A DNA stretch of 64,000 nt from Labilithrix sp. (lineage in GTDB: Bacteria; Myxococcota_A; Polyangia; Polyangiales; Polyangiaceae). Location: NCBI GenBank assembly GCA_026128965.1, contig JAHCIY010000002.1:1744468-1808467 (forward strand), in the 5' to 3' direction. A program made the position numbers and the translations under genes. Under the pieces are notes generated by a model. The model was not told the origin of the DNA. It did no database searches and saw nothing but the letters and a program-made list of their open reading frames with translations. Every line of letters begins with the position of its first letter. The first letter of the stretch is position 1. Positions 18,452 through 28,190 of this stretch are shown in pieces.

Positions 18452-19558
18452 ATGCTCACGCTCAAGCGCCTCGGTGCGTCCTCGGCCGCGATTGGCCTTC
18501 TCCTTCTTGGCTGCTCCACCGGCGTCGCCGACGATACCGCGGCGAGCGCGGATCAGGTGAAGCAAGGCACGCCGGGCGGCGAGCCGGGGACGGGCGAGGG
18601 CGAGCCGGTCGTTCCGGTCGTCGAGGAGGACGCGGAGCTCCCGGTCCAGTGGCCGAACCGCGGCTCGGCGGACTGCCAGAACTTCCAGAACTCCGATCCG
18701 AGCATCTACAAGTTCAAGCTGAACGCGAACACGTTCATCCTGCGCGAGAACAAGTGCCTCAACTTCGAGGGCAATTTCATCTACGTGCTCTTCGGTCAGA
18801 AGAAGGTCCTCATCCAGGACACGGGCTCGATCGCGCAAGGGATGTCGAGGGCGCTGTTCACGCAGCTCTTCCCGATCCGGAACACCATCGAGGCGATGAT
18901 CGGCGAGTGGCTCGCGGCGCACCCGAACGAGGACGGCTCGCCGCGCACGCGCGACTCGATCGAGCTCCTCGTCTCGCACACGCACTCGCACGGCGATCAC
19001 GTCTCGGGCGACTACCAGTTCAAGAACGCGGATGGCACGCCGCTCCCGTACACGAAGGTCGCGGGCCTCCGCCCCGCCGACGTGGCGAGCTTCTTCGGCC
19101 TCACGAACTGGCCGAACAACGCGGGCTCGATCGACCTCGGCGATCGCGTCGTCGACGTGCTCCCGATCCCGGGCCACGAGGCGTCGCACGTCGCGCTCTA
19201 CGACCACGGCTCGCAGCTCCTCCTCACGGGCGACACGCTCTACCCGGGCCACATCTTCATCCAGGACTGGGGCACGTTCCGCAAGAGCACCGCCAAGCTC
19301 GCGGCGTGGATCAAGGAGACGGACGCGCAGGGCAAGCCGGTCCGCCCGGTCAAGCACGTGTTCGGCACGCACATCGAGAAGAAGCCGGGCACCGGCGCCG
19401 CGTCGTTCTACCGCTACGGCACCCGCTTCCACCCGACGGAGCGCCACCTCGAGCTGACCGGCGCGCACGTCGAGCTCGAGGCCCAGCAGGCCCAGTCCCT
19501 CGGCCCCGTAGCGCCGTCGACCGAGCAGTTCTTCGACGACTTCTCGATTGACCCCTGA
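18452..19558 (+). CDS. MBL-fold metallo-hydrolase lipoprotein
   Basis: Internal Met of ORF 18377..19558 gives a signal peptide MLTLKRLGASSAAIGLLLLGCSTG. The HxHxDH motif is present (HTHSHGDH). Confidence 0.72.
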   Translation: MLTLKRLGASSAAIGLLLLGCSTGVADDTAASADQVKQGTPGGEPGTGEGEPVVPVVEEDAELPVQWPNRGSADCQNFQNSDPSIYKFKLNANTFILRENKCLNFEGNFIYVLFGQKKVLIQDTGSIAQGMSRALFTQLFPIRNTIEAMIGEWLAAHPNEDGSPRTRDSIELLVSHTHSHGDHVSGDYQFKNADGTPLPYTKVAGLRPADVASFFGLTNWPNNAGSIDLGDRVVDVLPIPGHEASHVALYDHGSQLLLTGDTLYPGHIFIQDWGTFRKSTAKLAAWIKETDAQGKPVRPVKHVFGTHIEKKPGTGAASFYRYGTRFHPTERHLELTGAHVELEAQQAQSLGPVAPSTEQFFDDFSIDP

Positions 19559-19573
19559 TCGGGGTCTCTTACC

Positions 19574-19680
19574 CAACGTCGGGGGCTCCGCCCCCGACAC
19601 CCCCGCCCCAGACACGGCCCGGCGAAGACGCCGGGGCGCTTCGCGCCCGCTTTCGCGGCCGCTTCTGGGGCCCCGGTCGG
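19574..19680. repeat. REP-like palindromic intergenic element (copy 1)
   Basis: aacGTCGGGGGCTCCGCCCCCGACacccccgccccagacacg...cgcttcgcgcccgctttcgcggccgcttctggggcccc. The core is a perfect 8-bp stem. The same element recurs at 37868 and, inverted, at 38346-38421. Confidence 0.5.
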
Positions 19681-19689
19681 CGCGGCAGC

Positions 19690-20100
19690 TGCGTGCGAAC
19701 GCGACGCGGCAGACGCCTGCGTGCGCGACGCGGTAGACGCGTGCGAGCACGGCGCGCGGCAACGCGTGCGAGCGCGACGCGGCAGACGTCTGCGAGCGCG
19801 ACGCGGCAGACGTCTGCGAGCGCGACGCGGCAGACGTCTGCGAGCGCGACGCGGCAGATGCGTGCGTGGCGTCTTGCGGGCGCGGTCTGCGTGCGCGACG
19901 CGGCGGCTGCGTGCGCGGCGCGACGTCTGTGTGCGTGGCGGCGTGCGCGACGCGTCTGCGGACTGCGCCTGCGACGCGGCGCCTGCGTGCGCGGCGCGAC
20001 GTCTCGTGGCGGTGTCTGCGTGTGCGAAACGTGACGTGGGGTCTGCGTGCGCGGCGCGTCTGTGTGCGATGCGGTGTCTGCGTGCGTTTTTCTTAGCGCG
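19690..20100. repeat. Degenerate tandem repeat, 24-bp unit (agcgcgacgcggcagacgtctgcg)
   Basis: Four near-perfect copies at 19771-19866, flanked by diverged copies (gcgtgcgcgacgcggc..., gtctgcgtgcgcggcgcg...). The array lies in the 790-bp gap between convergent genes. Confidence 0.55.
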
Positions 20101-20348
20101 CACGACTCTCCAGTTCGCTGTGATGTCTTCGGTATGCGGCGTCGCGAGGATCTGCCGTTCCGCTACGCATCGCGGCCGCGTCCCAGGTACGGCTCCATCG
20201 CCGAGTCCACAACCCAGCCCCCAGCGGCCCACAACCAGCCCCAGCGGCCGCGTCCATCGCGAGCCGAGTCCACAACCCAGCCAGCCCGGCCCACCCCAGC
20301 ATCACGGCCAACCCAGCATCGTCGCCGGCGGCTGGCTGCGTGAGCGCC

Positions 20349-21167
20349 TTACTGCTTCGTGAGCTCGAAGCCGCCGGTGCAGTTGGGGCAGGTCCAGGTG
20401 CCGGTCAGCTTGTTGCCGGTGAGCTTTGCGGTGAACGGGAACGGGAGCGTGCCGCCGATGCCGGCGACCTGCACGTTCCACACGCCCGTGACGGTGTCGC
20501 CGTCGATCGTCGCCGACTGAGCGGGCGCGGTGCCGGTGCGCGAATCGACGAGGCCGCAGCCGTTGAGGTTGCGGATCTCGAGGCCGTTCATCGCCGTCAC
20601 CGCGGCGGTGTACGCGCCGGGCGCGCCGCCGATCGCCTGCGTGACGTTGCCGGAGTTCTGGAAGTTGCAGCCGCCGTTCGGACGGTTGTTCTGGTAGGTG
20701 CCGACCCAGTCGCCCGTGAACGTCTCGAACTTCGCGCTCGGCGCCGCGCCGCCGACCGTGAACGAGCACGGCCCGCTGCCGGTGCAGCCGCCGCCGGTCC
20801 AGCCGGAGAAGAAGGAGCCGGGCTTCGGCGCCGCCGCGAGCGTCACCGTGGAGCCCGCCGCGAACGTGGCCGTGCACGGACCGCCGTTGCACGTGACGTC
20901 GCCCTGACCGCCGCCGGTCGACGCGATCGTGAGCGCCTGACCCGTCTCCGCCGGCGTGGTCGGCCCCGTCGCCGCCGAGCTCGTCGAGCCCTTGCCCGGC
21001 GTATCGTCGCCTTCGTCGTCTTCGTCGTCTTCCGCGTCGACGTCCGTCGCCTTCTGCGAGCGCTTCGGAGCCTTGCGGTCGGCGCTCGGATACTCGCCGA
21101 TGGAGGGCGCGGTGCACCCCACCACCGCCACGACCATCATGAGCGCCAGGGCCAGAAGCGACCGCAT
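20349..21167 (-). CDS. Lipoprotein with divergent InlB B-repeat-like domains
   Basis: Signal peptide MRSLLALALMMVVAVVGC. An acidic linker is followed by two repeats of the pattern GSTVTLAAAPKPGSFFSGWTGGGCTGSGPCSFTV. Confidence 0.55.
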   Translation of the reverse strand: MRSLLALALMMVVAVVGCTAPSIGEYPSADRKAPKRSQKATDVDAEDDEDDEGDDTPGKGSTSSAATGPTTPAETGQALTIASTGGGQGDVTCNGGPCTATFAAGSTVTLAAAPKPGSFFSGWTGGGCTGSGPCSFTVGGAAPSAKFETFTGDWVGTYQNNRPNGGCNFQNSGNVTQAIGGAPGAYTAAVTAMNGLEIRNLNGCGLVDSRTGTAPAQSATIDGDTVTGVWNVQVAGIGGTLPFPFTAKLTGNKLTGTWTCPNCTGGFELTKQ

Positions 21168-21342
21168 GGTGAGACTGCAAAGCAACCGTCATGCCGTAAT
21201 TCGCGTGCCGCCAACGGCTACGAAGTCCGCTAGTTCTGGATTATTCCGTCTGTAGGCGAATGCGGGACGGACGATCTCGGATCGATCGCTGTCCATCAGG
21301 GCGCGTGTAGGCGGCGTGACGGCGTACTAGCCTTCATCGCCC

Positions 21343-23148
21343 ATGCGTCACGTCCTCGCTCGCGGGCTGCTCCTCTCGTTGTTCCTCGGCTGCGCCGGGA
21401 GCCCGCCGGCACCGCCGCCTCCGCCGCCTCCGCCGACGACCGCGGTCGCGCCGCCCGTCGTGCTCGCCGACGCCGGCGCCGACGACGCCGCGGCGGCGAA
21501 GGTCGCGAAGCCCTGGCCGTACGCGACGCCCGTCGTCGTGCGCAGCGCGAAGGGGATGGTCGTGACCGACAACGCGGTCGCGTCGAACGTCGGGCGGGAC
21601 GTGCTCGCGGCCGGCGGCAACGCGGTCGACGCCGCCGTCGCGACCGCGTTCGCGCTCGCGGTCTCGTACCCCACCGCGGGCAACATCGGCGGCGGCGGCT
21701 TCGCGGTCACGCGCATCAAAGGCGACGTGAAGGCGCTCGACTTCCGCGAGACCGCGCCCGCGGCCGCGACGCGCGACATGTACCTCTCGCCCGACGGCAA
21801 GCCGAAGCCCGAGGCGCGCGAGGGCATCAAGTCGGTCGGCGTGCCCGGCAGCGTCGCGGGGCTGTGGGAGCTCTATCAGAAGCTCGGATCGAAGAAGAAG
21901 ACGTGGGCCGAGCTGCTCGCGCCCGCGATCAAGCTCGCGGAGGAGGGGTTCCCGATCGACGAAGGGTTCGCGGGGACGTTCGAGCAGCAGGCCGGCAAGC
22001 GGCTCATGAAGCACCCCGTCTCCGCGGCGCTGTTCTTCCCGAACGGGCAGGCGCTCGCGAAGGGGACCCTCTTCAAGAACCCCGACCTCGCGGTGGTGCT
22101 CAAGAGAATCGTGAAGGGGCCGAGCGGCTTCTACGAGGGGCCGACCGCGGACGCGATCGTGAAGCAGATGAAGGAGGAGGGCGGGCTCATCACCGCCGCC
22201 GACCTCAAGGGCTACAAGGCGAAGTGGCGGAAGCCGATCGAGCTCACCTACCGCGGCCACAAGATCGTCTCGATGCCGCCGCCGTCGTCGGGCGGCGTGA
22301 CGATCGCGATGATCGCGCACATCCTCGAGGGCTACGAGCTCGGGAAGATGGGCGCCCAGTCGCCGGAGGCGCTCCACTACCTCTTCGAGGCGATGCGCCG
22401 CGCGTACGCCGCGCGCAACGCGAAGCTCGGCGATCCCGACTTCGTGAAGATGCCGCTCGACGAGCTGCTCTCCGAGAAATGGGCACAGGAGCAGCGCGCG
22501 ACGATCAAGCCGGACAAGGCGACGCCGTCGTCCGAGATCGCGACCGGGCCCGCGAGCGGGACGGGGCCGCACACGACGCACTTCTCGGTCGTCGACGCGA
22601 ACGGCGACGCGGTCGCGCTCACGACGACGGTCAACTGGTGGTACGGCTCCGGCGTCACGGTGAAGGGCGGCGGCTTCCTCCTCAACAACGAGATGGACGA
22701 CTTCGCCGCGGTGCCGGGGACCGCGAACGGGTTCGGGCTCGTGCAAGGCGAGGCGAACGCGATCCAAGGCGGCAAGCGCATGCTCTCGTCGATGTCGCCC
22801 ACGATCGTGAGCGGCGCCGACGGGAAGATCGAGATGGTGCTCGGCGCCGCGGGCGGGCCCACCATCATCACGTCGGTCTTCCAGGAGCTCTCGAACGTCG
22901 TCGACTTCGGGCTCGACATCGGGAAGGCGGTGAGCGTGCCGCGCTTCCACATGCAGCACCTCCCCGACGAGGTCATCTTCGAGGCCAACGGCCTCGCGCC
23001 GGACACGCGCACATCGCTCGAAGCGATGGGCTACACGTTGAAGGAGCGCGGCCACCTCGCCGACGCGCCCGGCATCGGACGCGAAGGAGCGGAGTGGGTG
23101 GGCGTCGCCGAGCCGCGGCGCGTCGGAGGACTCGCGTCCGCACCGTGA
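21343..23148 (+). CDS. ggt: Gamma-glutamyltransferase
   Basis: 601 aa with a lipoprotein signal. GGT family blocks are present (GGNAVDAAVA, catalytic Thr region TTHFSVVDANGDAVALTTTVN, GGGFLLNNEMDDF). Confidence 0.9.
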   Translation: MRHVLARGLLLSLFLGCAGSPPAPPPPPPPPTTAVAPPVVLADAGADDAAAAKVAKPWPYATPVVVRSAKGMVVTDNAVASNVGRDVLAAGGNAVDAAVATAFALAVSYPTAGNIGGGGFAVTRIKGDVKALDFRETAPAAATRDMYLSPDGKPKPEAREGIKSVGVPGSVAGLWELYQKLGSKKKTWAELLAPAIKLAEEGFPIDEGFAGTFEQQAGKRLMKHPVSAALFFPNGQALAKGTLFKNPDLAVVLKRIVKGPSGFYEGPTADAIVKQMKEEGGLITAADLKGYKAKWRKPIELTYRGHKIVSMPPPSSGGVTIAMIAHILEGYELGKMGAQSPEALHYLFEAMRRAYAARNAKLGDPDFVKMPLDELLSEKWAQEQRATIKPDKATPSSEIATGPASGTGPHTTHFSVVDANGDAVALTTTVNWWYGSGVTVKGGGFLLNNEMDDFAAVPGTANGFGLVQGEANAIQGGKRMLSSMSPTIVSGADGKIEMVLGAAGGPTIITSVFQELSNVVDFGLDIGKAVSVPRFHMQHLPDEVIFEANGLAPDTRTSLEAMGYTLKERGHLADAPGIGREGAEWVGVAEPRRVGGLASAP

Positions 23149-23213
23149 TCTGTCGGATCACCGACAGAAACGGGGAGAGGCGAGCAGCATCGGAACGAAG
23201 AAGAGGTCCACCG

Positions 23214-23414
23214 ATGATGTCCATGGCGCCGATCCTGATGCACTCCGATCACGTCTCGCCGAGCGCGCGGCAAGCGCTGCGCGCGGCGTCTTCCGCGCGT
23301 CCCGAGCACCGCGACGCGCTCCTCGTGACCGCGGCGCGCATCCTCCACGCGGAGACGGGGCTCCCGTGCGAGGACGTGAAGGAGCTCGTCGGGCTCCCGA
23401 CCGGCGACTGCTGA
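23214..23414 (+). CDS. Small hypothetical protein (66 aa)
   Basis: C-terminal segment of ORF 21864..23414 starting at ATGATG. GC3 is above 90% and the sequence is non-repetitive. Confidence 0.33.
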   Translation: MMSMAPILMHSDHVSPSARQALRAASSARPEHRDALLVTAARILHAETGLPCEDVKELVGLPTGDC

Positions 23415-23513
23415 CGATCGGCATCAACACAGCGCGCGCATTCTGAAATCCAATTTGGACGATGGAAGAGATGATCGCGTTCGCGCGATCCGATCGACAC
23501 TTCGCGCGCCGAG

Positions 23514-24266
23514 ATGCGCGCCCGTCGTTCCATCGTCATCGCTTTCGTCGTCGCCGGGATCGCTGCCGCGACGGCGGTGACCGTCGTCGCGCGCTCGCGC
23601 TCGATGCGCGCGACCGCGACGCTCGTGAGCGCGCCGAACGTCGGCCAGCGTGAAGAGGGAGCGAGCGCGATCGCGCCGGCGGTGGTGAAGACGGCGGAGC
23701 GCGTCGCGGTGGGGACGACGACGCTCAGCGCGGTGACGCTCGACGCGGACATCGTCGCGCGGCTCGACGGGATCGAGACCGCGGTGCGAGAAGGGGACCT
23801 CGCCGCGCTGCCGGTGCTCGCGCGCGCGGACCTCGCGAGCGAGCCCGAGGCGGCGCCGGCGATCATCCATGCGGTCGCGAGCCTCGCGGCGCAGGGCGGT
23901 CCCGCGGAGCACGCGCTCGCGGGCAAGACGCTCGCGCGCTGGCTCGGCGAGGAGGCGAAGCGGGACACGCGCGACGCGAGCGGCAACGTCGTGAACCTCG
24001 TCGAGGCGCTCGGCGATCTCGGCGGCGACGCGGCGGTCGACGCCCTCGTCGACGCGCTCGATCGCGACGGCATGCTCGACCTCCCGCTCCAGACCACGGC
24101 CGCGCAGCGCCTCGCCGCGATCGGCGACAAGCGCGCGCTGCCCGCGGTGGAGCGGTTCGCGGCGCGCGTCGCGAAGCTCGAGCCGAGCGCCGACGCGTTC
24201 GAGCGCGAGCTCCAAGAAGAGGCGAGGGCCGCCGCGGCCGACGCGCGCGGCGACCTCGGACGATGA
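23514..24266 (+). CDS. HEAT-repeat-like hypothetical protein with N-terminal membrane anchor
   Basis: 250 aa with an N-terminal TM helix (IVIAFVVAGIAAATAVTVVA) and HEAT/PBS-like repeats (LVEALGDLGGDAAVDALVDALD). Confidence 0.5.
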   Translation: MRARRSIVIAFVVAGIAAATAVTVVARSRSMRATATLVSAPNVGQREEGASAIAPAVVKTAERVAVGTTTLSAVTLDADIVARLDGIETAVREGDLAALPVLARADLASEPEAAPAIIHAVASLAAQGGPAEHALAGKTLARWLGEEAKRDTRDASGNVVNLVEALGDLGGDAAVDALVDALDRDGMLDLPLQTTAAQRLAAIGDKRALPAVERFAARVAKLEPSADAFERELQEEARAAAADARGDLGR

Positions 24267-24298
24267 ACGAAGACGAAGAAGAAGGAAGGCGAAAGAGC

Positions 24299-24889
24299 AT
24301 GATGACCAAGACCCTGTTCAGCCTCGGCTTGACGTCCGCGCTGTTCCTCGCGGGCTGCACCATCCCGGCGGAGGAGGTCGAGGAAGACGTCGACTCGACC
24401 GAAGCAGAGCTCTCCGCGCCGACGTGCGCGCCGTCGATCGCCGCCGGCGCCGTAGCCGCGAAGCACAAGGCGATGCTCAACACGATCGCCTTCACGGAGG
24501 GCACCGCCGGCACGTGCGGGCAGGACGGGTACAACACGATGTACACGCACCGCTGCTTCTCGAGCTGCAACCGCCACCCCAACATCGCGATCACCGGCGG
24601 CGGATGGACGTCGACGGCGGCGGGCCGTTACCAGTTCCTCAACCGGACCTGGAACACGCTCGGCTACTCGACCTTCAACCCGAAGAACCAGGACCTCGGC
24701 GCGATGAAGCTCATCTCGCGCCGCGGCGTGACGCTCCCGACGACGCGCGCCCTCACCGCGACCGAGTTCTCCAACACGATGAAGAAGATCTCGTACGAGT
24801 GGGCGTCGCTGCCCTTCTCACCGTACGGTCAGCCGACGGTGAGCCTCTCCCGGACGCGCGCGAAGTACTGCTCGTTCGCCGGCTGCTAG
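24299..24889 (+). CDS. Lambda-R-type lytic transglycosylase (GH104 lysozyme) lipoprotein
   Basis: Internal Met gives the signal MMTKTLFSLGLTSALFLAGC. The mature part aligns with phage lambda R endolysin blocks: AFTEGT...GYN; AGRYQFLNRTW; FNPKNQD; WASLPFSPYGQ. Confidence 0.68.
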   Translation: MMTKTLFSLGLTSALFLAGCTIPAEEVEEDVDSTEAELSAPTCAPSIAAGAVAAKHKAMLNTIAFTEGTAGTCGQDGYNTMYTHRCFSSCNRHPNIAITGGGWTSTAAGRYQFLNRTWNTLGYSTFNPKNQDLGAMKLISRRGVTLPTTRALTATEFSNTMKKISYEWASLPFSPYGQPTVSLSRTRAKYCSFAGC

Positions 24890-24890
24890 A

Positions 24891-25328
24891 TCACTCGCAG
24901 GGGAACCAGCCGCTCTTCGACTCGCCGAGGCGCATGTACGTGCGGCCCTTGTGGTCGCGGACCTGCGCGGCGTGGACGGCGAGGTCCTGCGAGTGGACGT
25001 CGTCAGCGATGATGCTGCCCTTCACGCGCTCGGCGTTGACCTTCTGCTCGGTGACGACGCCGCTCGGCGCGGTGCGACGAAGCAGACCCGTCGCGCTGCC
25101 CTTCTTCCAATCGAGGAAGAGCTCCGTCGTGCCGTCGTGGATGTTCGTCGTCCGGCAGACGCGCTGGCCGGTCGGCTCCTCGGCGCGCGGCGAAGACTCG
25201 CGCGACTCGGGCTCCGCCACCTCGCTCGAGGTCACCGTCGTCGTTCCGACCGCGTTCGTCGTCGACGAGGCGCAGGCCACAGCCATCGAACCAAAGGCGA
25301 GGATCGCGAGGAGGCGCATTTGTGGCAC
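24891..25328 (-). CDS. Small lipoprotein, hypothetical
   Basis: Signal peptide with lipobox MPQMRLLAILAFGSMAVAC, 145 aa. Confidence 0.42.
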   Translation of the reverse strand: MPQMRLLAILAFGSMAVACASSTTNAVGTTTVTSSEVAEPESRESSPRAEEPTGQRVCRTTNIHDGTTELFLDWKKGSATGLLRRTAPSGVVTEQKVNAERVKGSIIADDVHSQDLAVHAAQVRDHKGRTYMRLGESKSGWFPCE

Positions 25329-25388
25329 GTGTAGCAGAAAGTGCGCCGTCGTCCAGGAACCCGCGGACGATTTCCTGATTTCCGTGGC

Positions 25389-26123
25389 TCAGGGCGCGGC
25401 GGCGCCCGCGTCGGGCAGGAGGAAGAACTGGCCCTCGCCCTCCTTGTAGAACTTCCAGAAGTCGTCGGCCCAGACCTCGCCGCCCTTCTCGTTCGGATGG
25501 ATCTTGTCCTCGCGGCGCGCGATCTCGAGGTGCCGCTCCTCGCTCGTCGCGTCGTAGAACTTGCAGGGCGCGACGTGGTCCTTGAGCCAGTCGTTGAACT
25601 TCTGCTGGTGCGGCTTCCAGATCGGGGGGGCGACCCAGATGCAGTCGATCTTCTCGACGCGCTTGATGAGCTTCGGCACGTACGGCCCGATTTCCTTTTC
25701 GATGTCGATGAAATGCGGGACGTGGTTCGCGCCGAGGCTGATGACGATGAGGTCCGGCTTCGTGCTCGCGAGGAGCTTCGGCAGGTGATCGTTCTGCGAG
25801 AAATCGTGGATCGTCCCGCTCTCGATGACGTCGCGGAAGTACTTCGCGCCGTCGGCGACGAACTTCGGTCCGAGCGCGCGCGAGAGCCCGCCGCCGACCA
25901 TCGAGTCGCCGGTGTGGAGCACGCGGAGGTGCTTCTTCGCGATCTTCGGCGGCTCCGGCGGCTCCGGCGACGGAGGCGGTGCGGCATCGACGACGGGCGG
26001 GACCGCAACAAGAGGAGAAGCCGACGCCGACGCCGCCGTCCCGTCGGGCGCCTCCTTCTTCGACGAGCAGCCCGCGATCAGAAACACGAGCAAAAACAAG
26101 ATGTAGGTGTTGGAAGGATACAC
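25389..26123 (-). CDS. SGNH/GDSL hydrolase family lipoprotein
   Basis: Lipoprotein signal (LLVFLIAGCSS), GDS motif (LHTGDSMVGGG), and DxxH near the C-terminus. Confidence 0.68.
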   Translation of the reverse strand: MYPSNTYILFLLVFLIAGCSSKKEAPDGTAASASASPLVAVPPVVDAAPPPSPEPPEPPKIAKKHLRVLHTGDSMVGGGLSRALGPKFVADGAKYFRDVIESGTIHDFSQNDHLPKLLASTKPDLIVISLGANHVPHFIDIEKEIGPYVPKLIKRVEKIDCIWVAPPIWKPHQQKFNDWLKDHVAPCKFYDATSEERHLEIARREDKIHPNEKGGEVWADDFWKFYKEGEGQFFLLPDAGAAAP

Positions 26124-26183
26124 GCCGACACGAACGTACCTCGAGAGGCCTGCCGTGTCTCCTTTTTGCTGCTTTTCGCTGCT

Positions 26184-27695
26184 CTAGCGAGGCCACGTCT
26201 CGGGGCAGGTCTCGAGCGCGGCGGCGAGCTTCTGGCCGCGGAAGATGCGCCAGCACGTTCCGTGGTGCACGTCGATGAAGCCGCCGTAAGCCGGCGTCAC
26301 GTCGCGCGCGAGCTTCTCGTTGCAGTCGGCGGCGTACTCGGCGTCCTCGGTCGAGAGCAGCTTCGTCGCGAGCGCGCCCGGATCGATCGCGAGGATCTTC
26401 CCGATGCGCACCGCGGCGGAGTCGGCGTCGTCCTCCGCGGTGAACACGCGGATGCGGCTCACCTCGGGGTTCGCGAGGTCGACGCGCAGCTGCCCCTGCG
26501 CCGCCACGCCGAGGGCGGCGACCTTCTCCGCGATGTTCCGATCGGGCGCGGTCGCGTCGGCGGCGGCCTCGGCGGGGGAGATCTCGAGGTACGCGTCGAG
26601 CGCGGCGGCGTCGGCGCCGATCGCGGCGAGGCGCGTCGCGGCGTTCGGATCCTCGCCCGCGTCGCGCTTCGCGTAGAGGACGAGGTCGCGGTAGCTCATC
26701 GTCACGTGCGCGAGGCAGCTCGCCTCGAGCTGCCAGTATTGCGTCGTGAGCCCGTCGAGCCTCGCCGCGTCGGTCCCGAGATCGAACGTCGACTGATCGC
26801 GCGAGAGGTGACCCGAGCGGAACACGAGCGCGCCGATCTGCTGCGCGACGTCGCGCGCGGCATCGCAGTCGTCGGCCTTCGGACCGGTGCGGCCCTCCGC
26901 GTCGTGAACGTAGCGGAGGTAGCGGCCGTAGCGCGGCCCCGCGAGCCCGTCGGTCTTCGCGGTGCCGACGTCGGTGGGGTAGCCGTTGAACTCCCGCTCC
27001 GTGAGCTGCCCGACGCGGTCGCCGAGGAGGCCGATCTCCTGCGCGATCTCCGCGACCTCGGGATCGTTCGTCTCGTACTCGCCGAACAGGTTCGTGCCTT
27101 CGCGGTAGTGGATCGGCGTGAAGTACTCCCGGTCGCCGTTGCGGAGGAGGAGGTGCCCCATCTCGTGCGCGGCGATGAGCTGGAGCTCCGCGTCGTTCGC
27201 GCCCTCGACGTAGCCGCTCGTGAAGACGAGGACGTAGAGGGCGGTCTGGTGGCCGCCGACCTCGCGGTAGACACGACCCGCGATCACGAACGCGTTCGGC
27301 GAAGGCGTCTCCTGGATGATCGCGATCGGCGCGACGTCGAGGCCCTTCGTCGCGTCGGGGTACAGCGTCTGGTACGCGCCGAACACCGCGTTCGCCGCCG
27401 CCTGCGCGCGCCGATGCGCGACGCTGCCCGGCGCGCGCCAGCGCCGTTGCGGGAGGTAGCGCTCGAACGTGCGGATCGCCGCCGTCTCGGTCGGGAACAC
27501 GTGGAAGTACGCGTCGGCGCGCTGCGCGAACGTGCGCGGCAGCGTCGTGCACGCCTCTGCGACGGCGGGCGCGGCGTCGGGCTCGATCGGCGCGGGCTCG
27601 CCGGCGGCGGCCGGCGGCGCGGGGGCGGGCGCCGGATCGTCGCCGCACGCGAGGAGCAACGCGAGCGCGGCAGCTCCGACCTTCGCCCGCGACAT
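26184..27695 (-). CDS. Secreted zinc metalloprotease (HExxH) lipoprotein
   Basis: Signal/lipobox (LALLLACGDD) and zinc-binding motif IAAHEMGHLL in a 503-aa ORF. Confidence 0.62.
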   Translation of the reverse strand: MSRAKVGAAALALLLACGDDPAPAPAPPAAAGEPAPIEPDAAPAVAEACTTLPRTFAQRADAYFHVFPTETAAIRTFERYLPQRRWRAPGSVAHRRAQAAANAVFGAYQTLYPDATKGLDVAPIAIIQETPSPNAFVIAGRVYREVGGHQTALYVLVFTSGYVEGANDAELQLIAAHEMGHLLLRNGDREYFTPIHYREGTNLFGEYETNDPEVAEIAQEIGLLGDRVGQLTEREFNGYPTDVGTAKTDGLAGPRYGRYLRYVHDAEGRTGPKADDCDAARDVAQQIGALVFRSGHLSRDQSTFDLGTDAARLDGLTTQYWQLEASCLAHVTMSYRDLVLYAKRDAGEDPNAATRLAAIGADAAALDAYLEISPAEAAADATAPDRNIAEKVAALGVAAQGQLRVDLANPEVSRIRVFTAEDDADSAAVRIGKILAIDPGALATKLLSTEDAEYAADCNEKLARDVTPAYGGFIDVHHGTCWRIFRGQKLAAALETCPETWPR

Positions 27696-27785
27696 CCCTC
27701 GAAGTATCGCGCGCCTCCGGGACCTCGGCCAGCGCGGATCAAATATGACATAAAGCTGTCATCGTCGATCGGTAGGGTGTCTCTC

Positions 27786-28190
27786 ATGGAAACCAAGACG
27801 AAGCACACGGGCGGTTGTCACTGCGGCGCGGTTCGGTACGAGGCGCTCCTCGAGGCATCACACGCCAGCCGCTGCAACTGCACCGTCTGCATGAAGACGG
27901 GCGTGCTCGGCGGCATCATCAGGCCGCACGAGCTGGTGGTCCTCCGGGGCGAGGACGCGCTCGCGACCTACGAGTGGGGCGCGAAGACCTCGAAGCGCTA
28001 CTTCTGCAAGCACTGCGGCGTTCACTGCTTCGGCCGCGGTCACCTCGCCGAGCTCGGCGGCGACTTCGCGTCGGTGAACTACCTCACCCTCGACGAGGTC
28101 GACCCGATCGACGTGCGCGTCACGTACTGGGACGGCCGTCACGACAACTGGGCGGCGGGTCCGCGCGATCAGCCGTGGGCGCTCGCGTGA
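27786..28190 (+). CDS. GFA (glutathione-dependent formaldehyde-activating / CENP-V-like) family protein
   Basis: C-terminal 134 codons of ORF 25341..28190 starting METKTKH. The zinc-binding Cys pattern is present (GGCHCGAVRY...CNCTVCMKTG...CKHCG). Confidence 0.72.
   Translation: METKTKHTGGCHCGAVRYEALLEASHASRCNCTVCMKTGVLGGIIRPHELVVLRGEDALATYEWGAKTSKRYFCKHCGVHCFGRGHLAELGGDFASVNYLTLDEVDPIDVRVTYWDGRHDNWAAGPRDQPWALA

Noticed and set aside
19693-20362. ORFs predicted across the 24-bp tandem array and REP elements (19693..20034 +, 19721..20362 +, 38140..38814 +)
   Set aside because: Repeat-encoded low-complexity translations.
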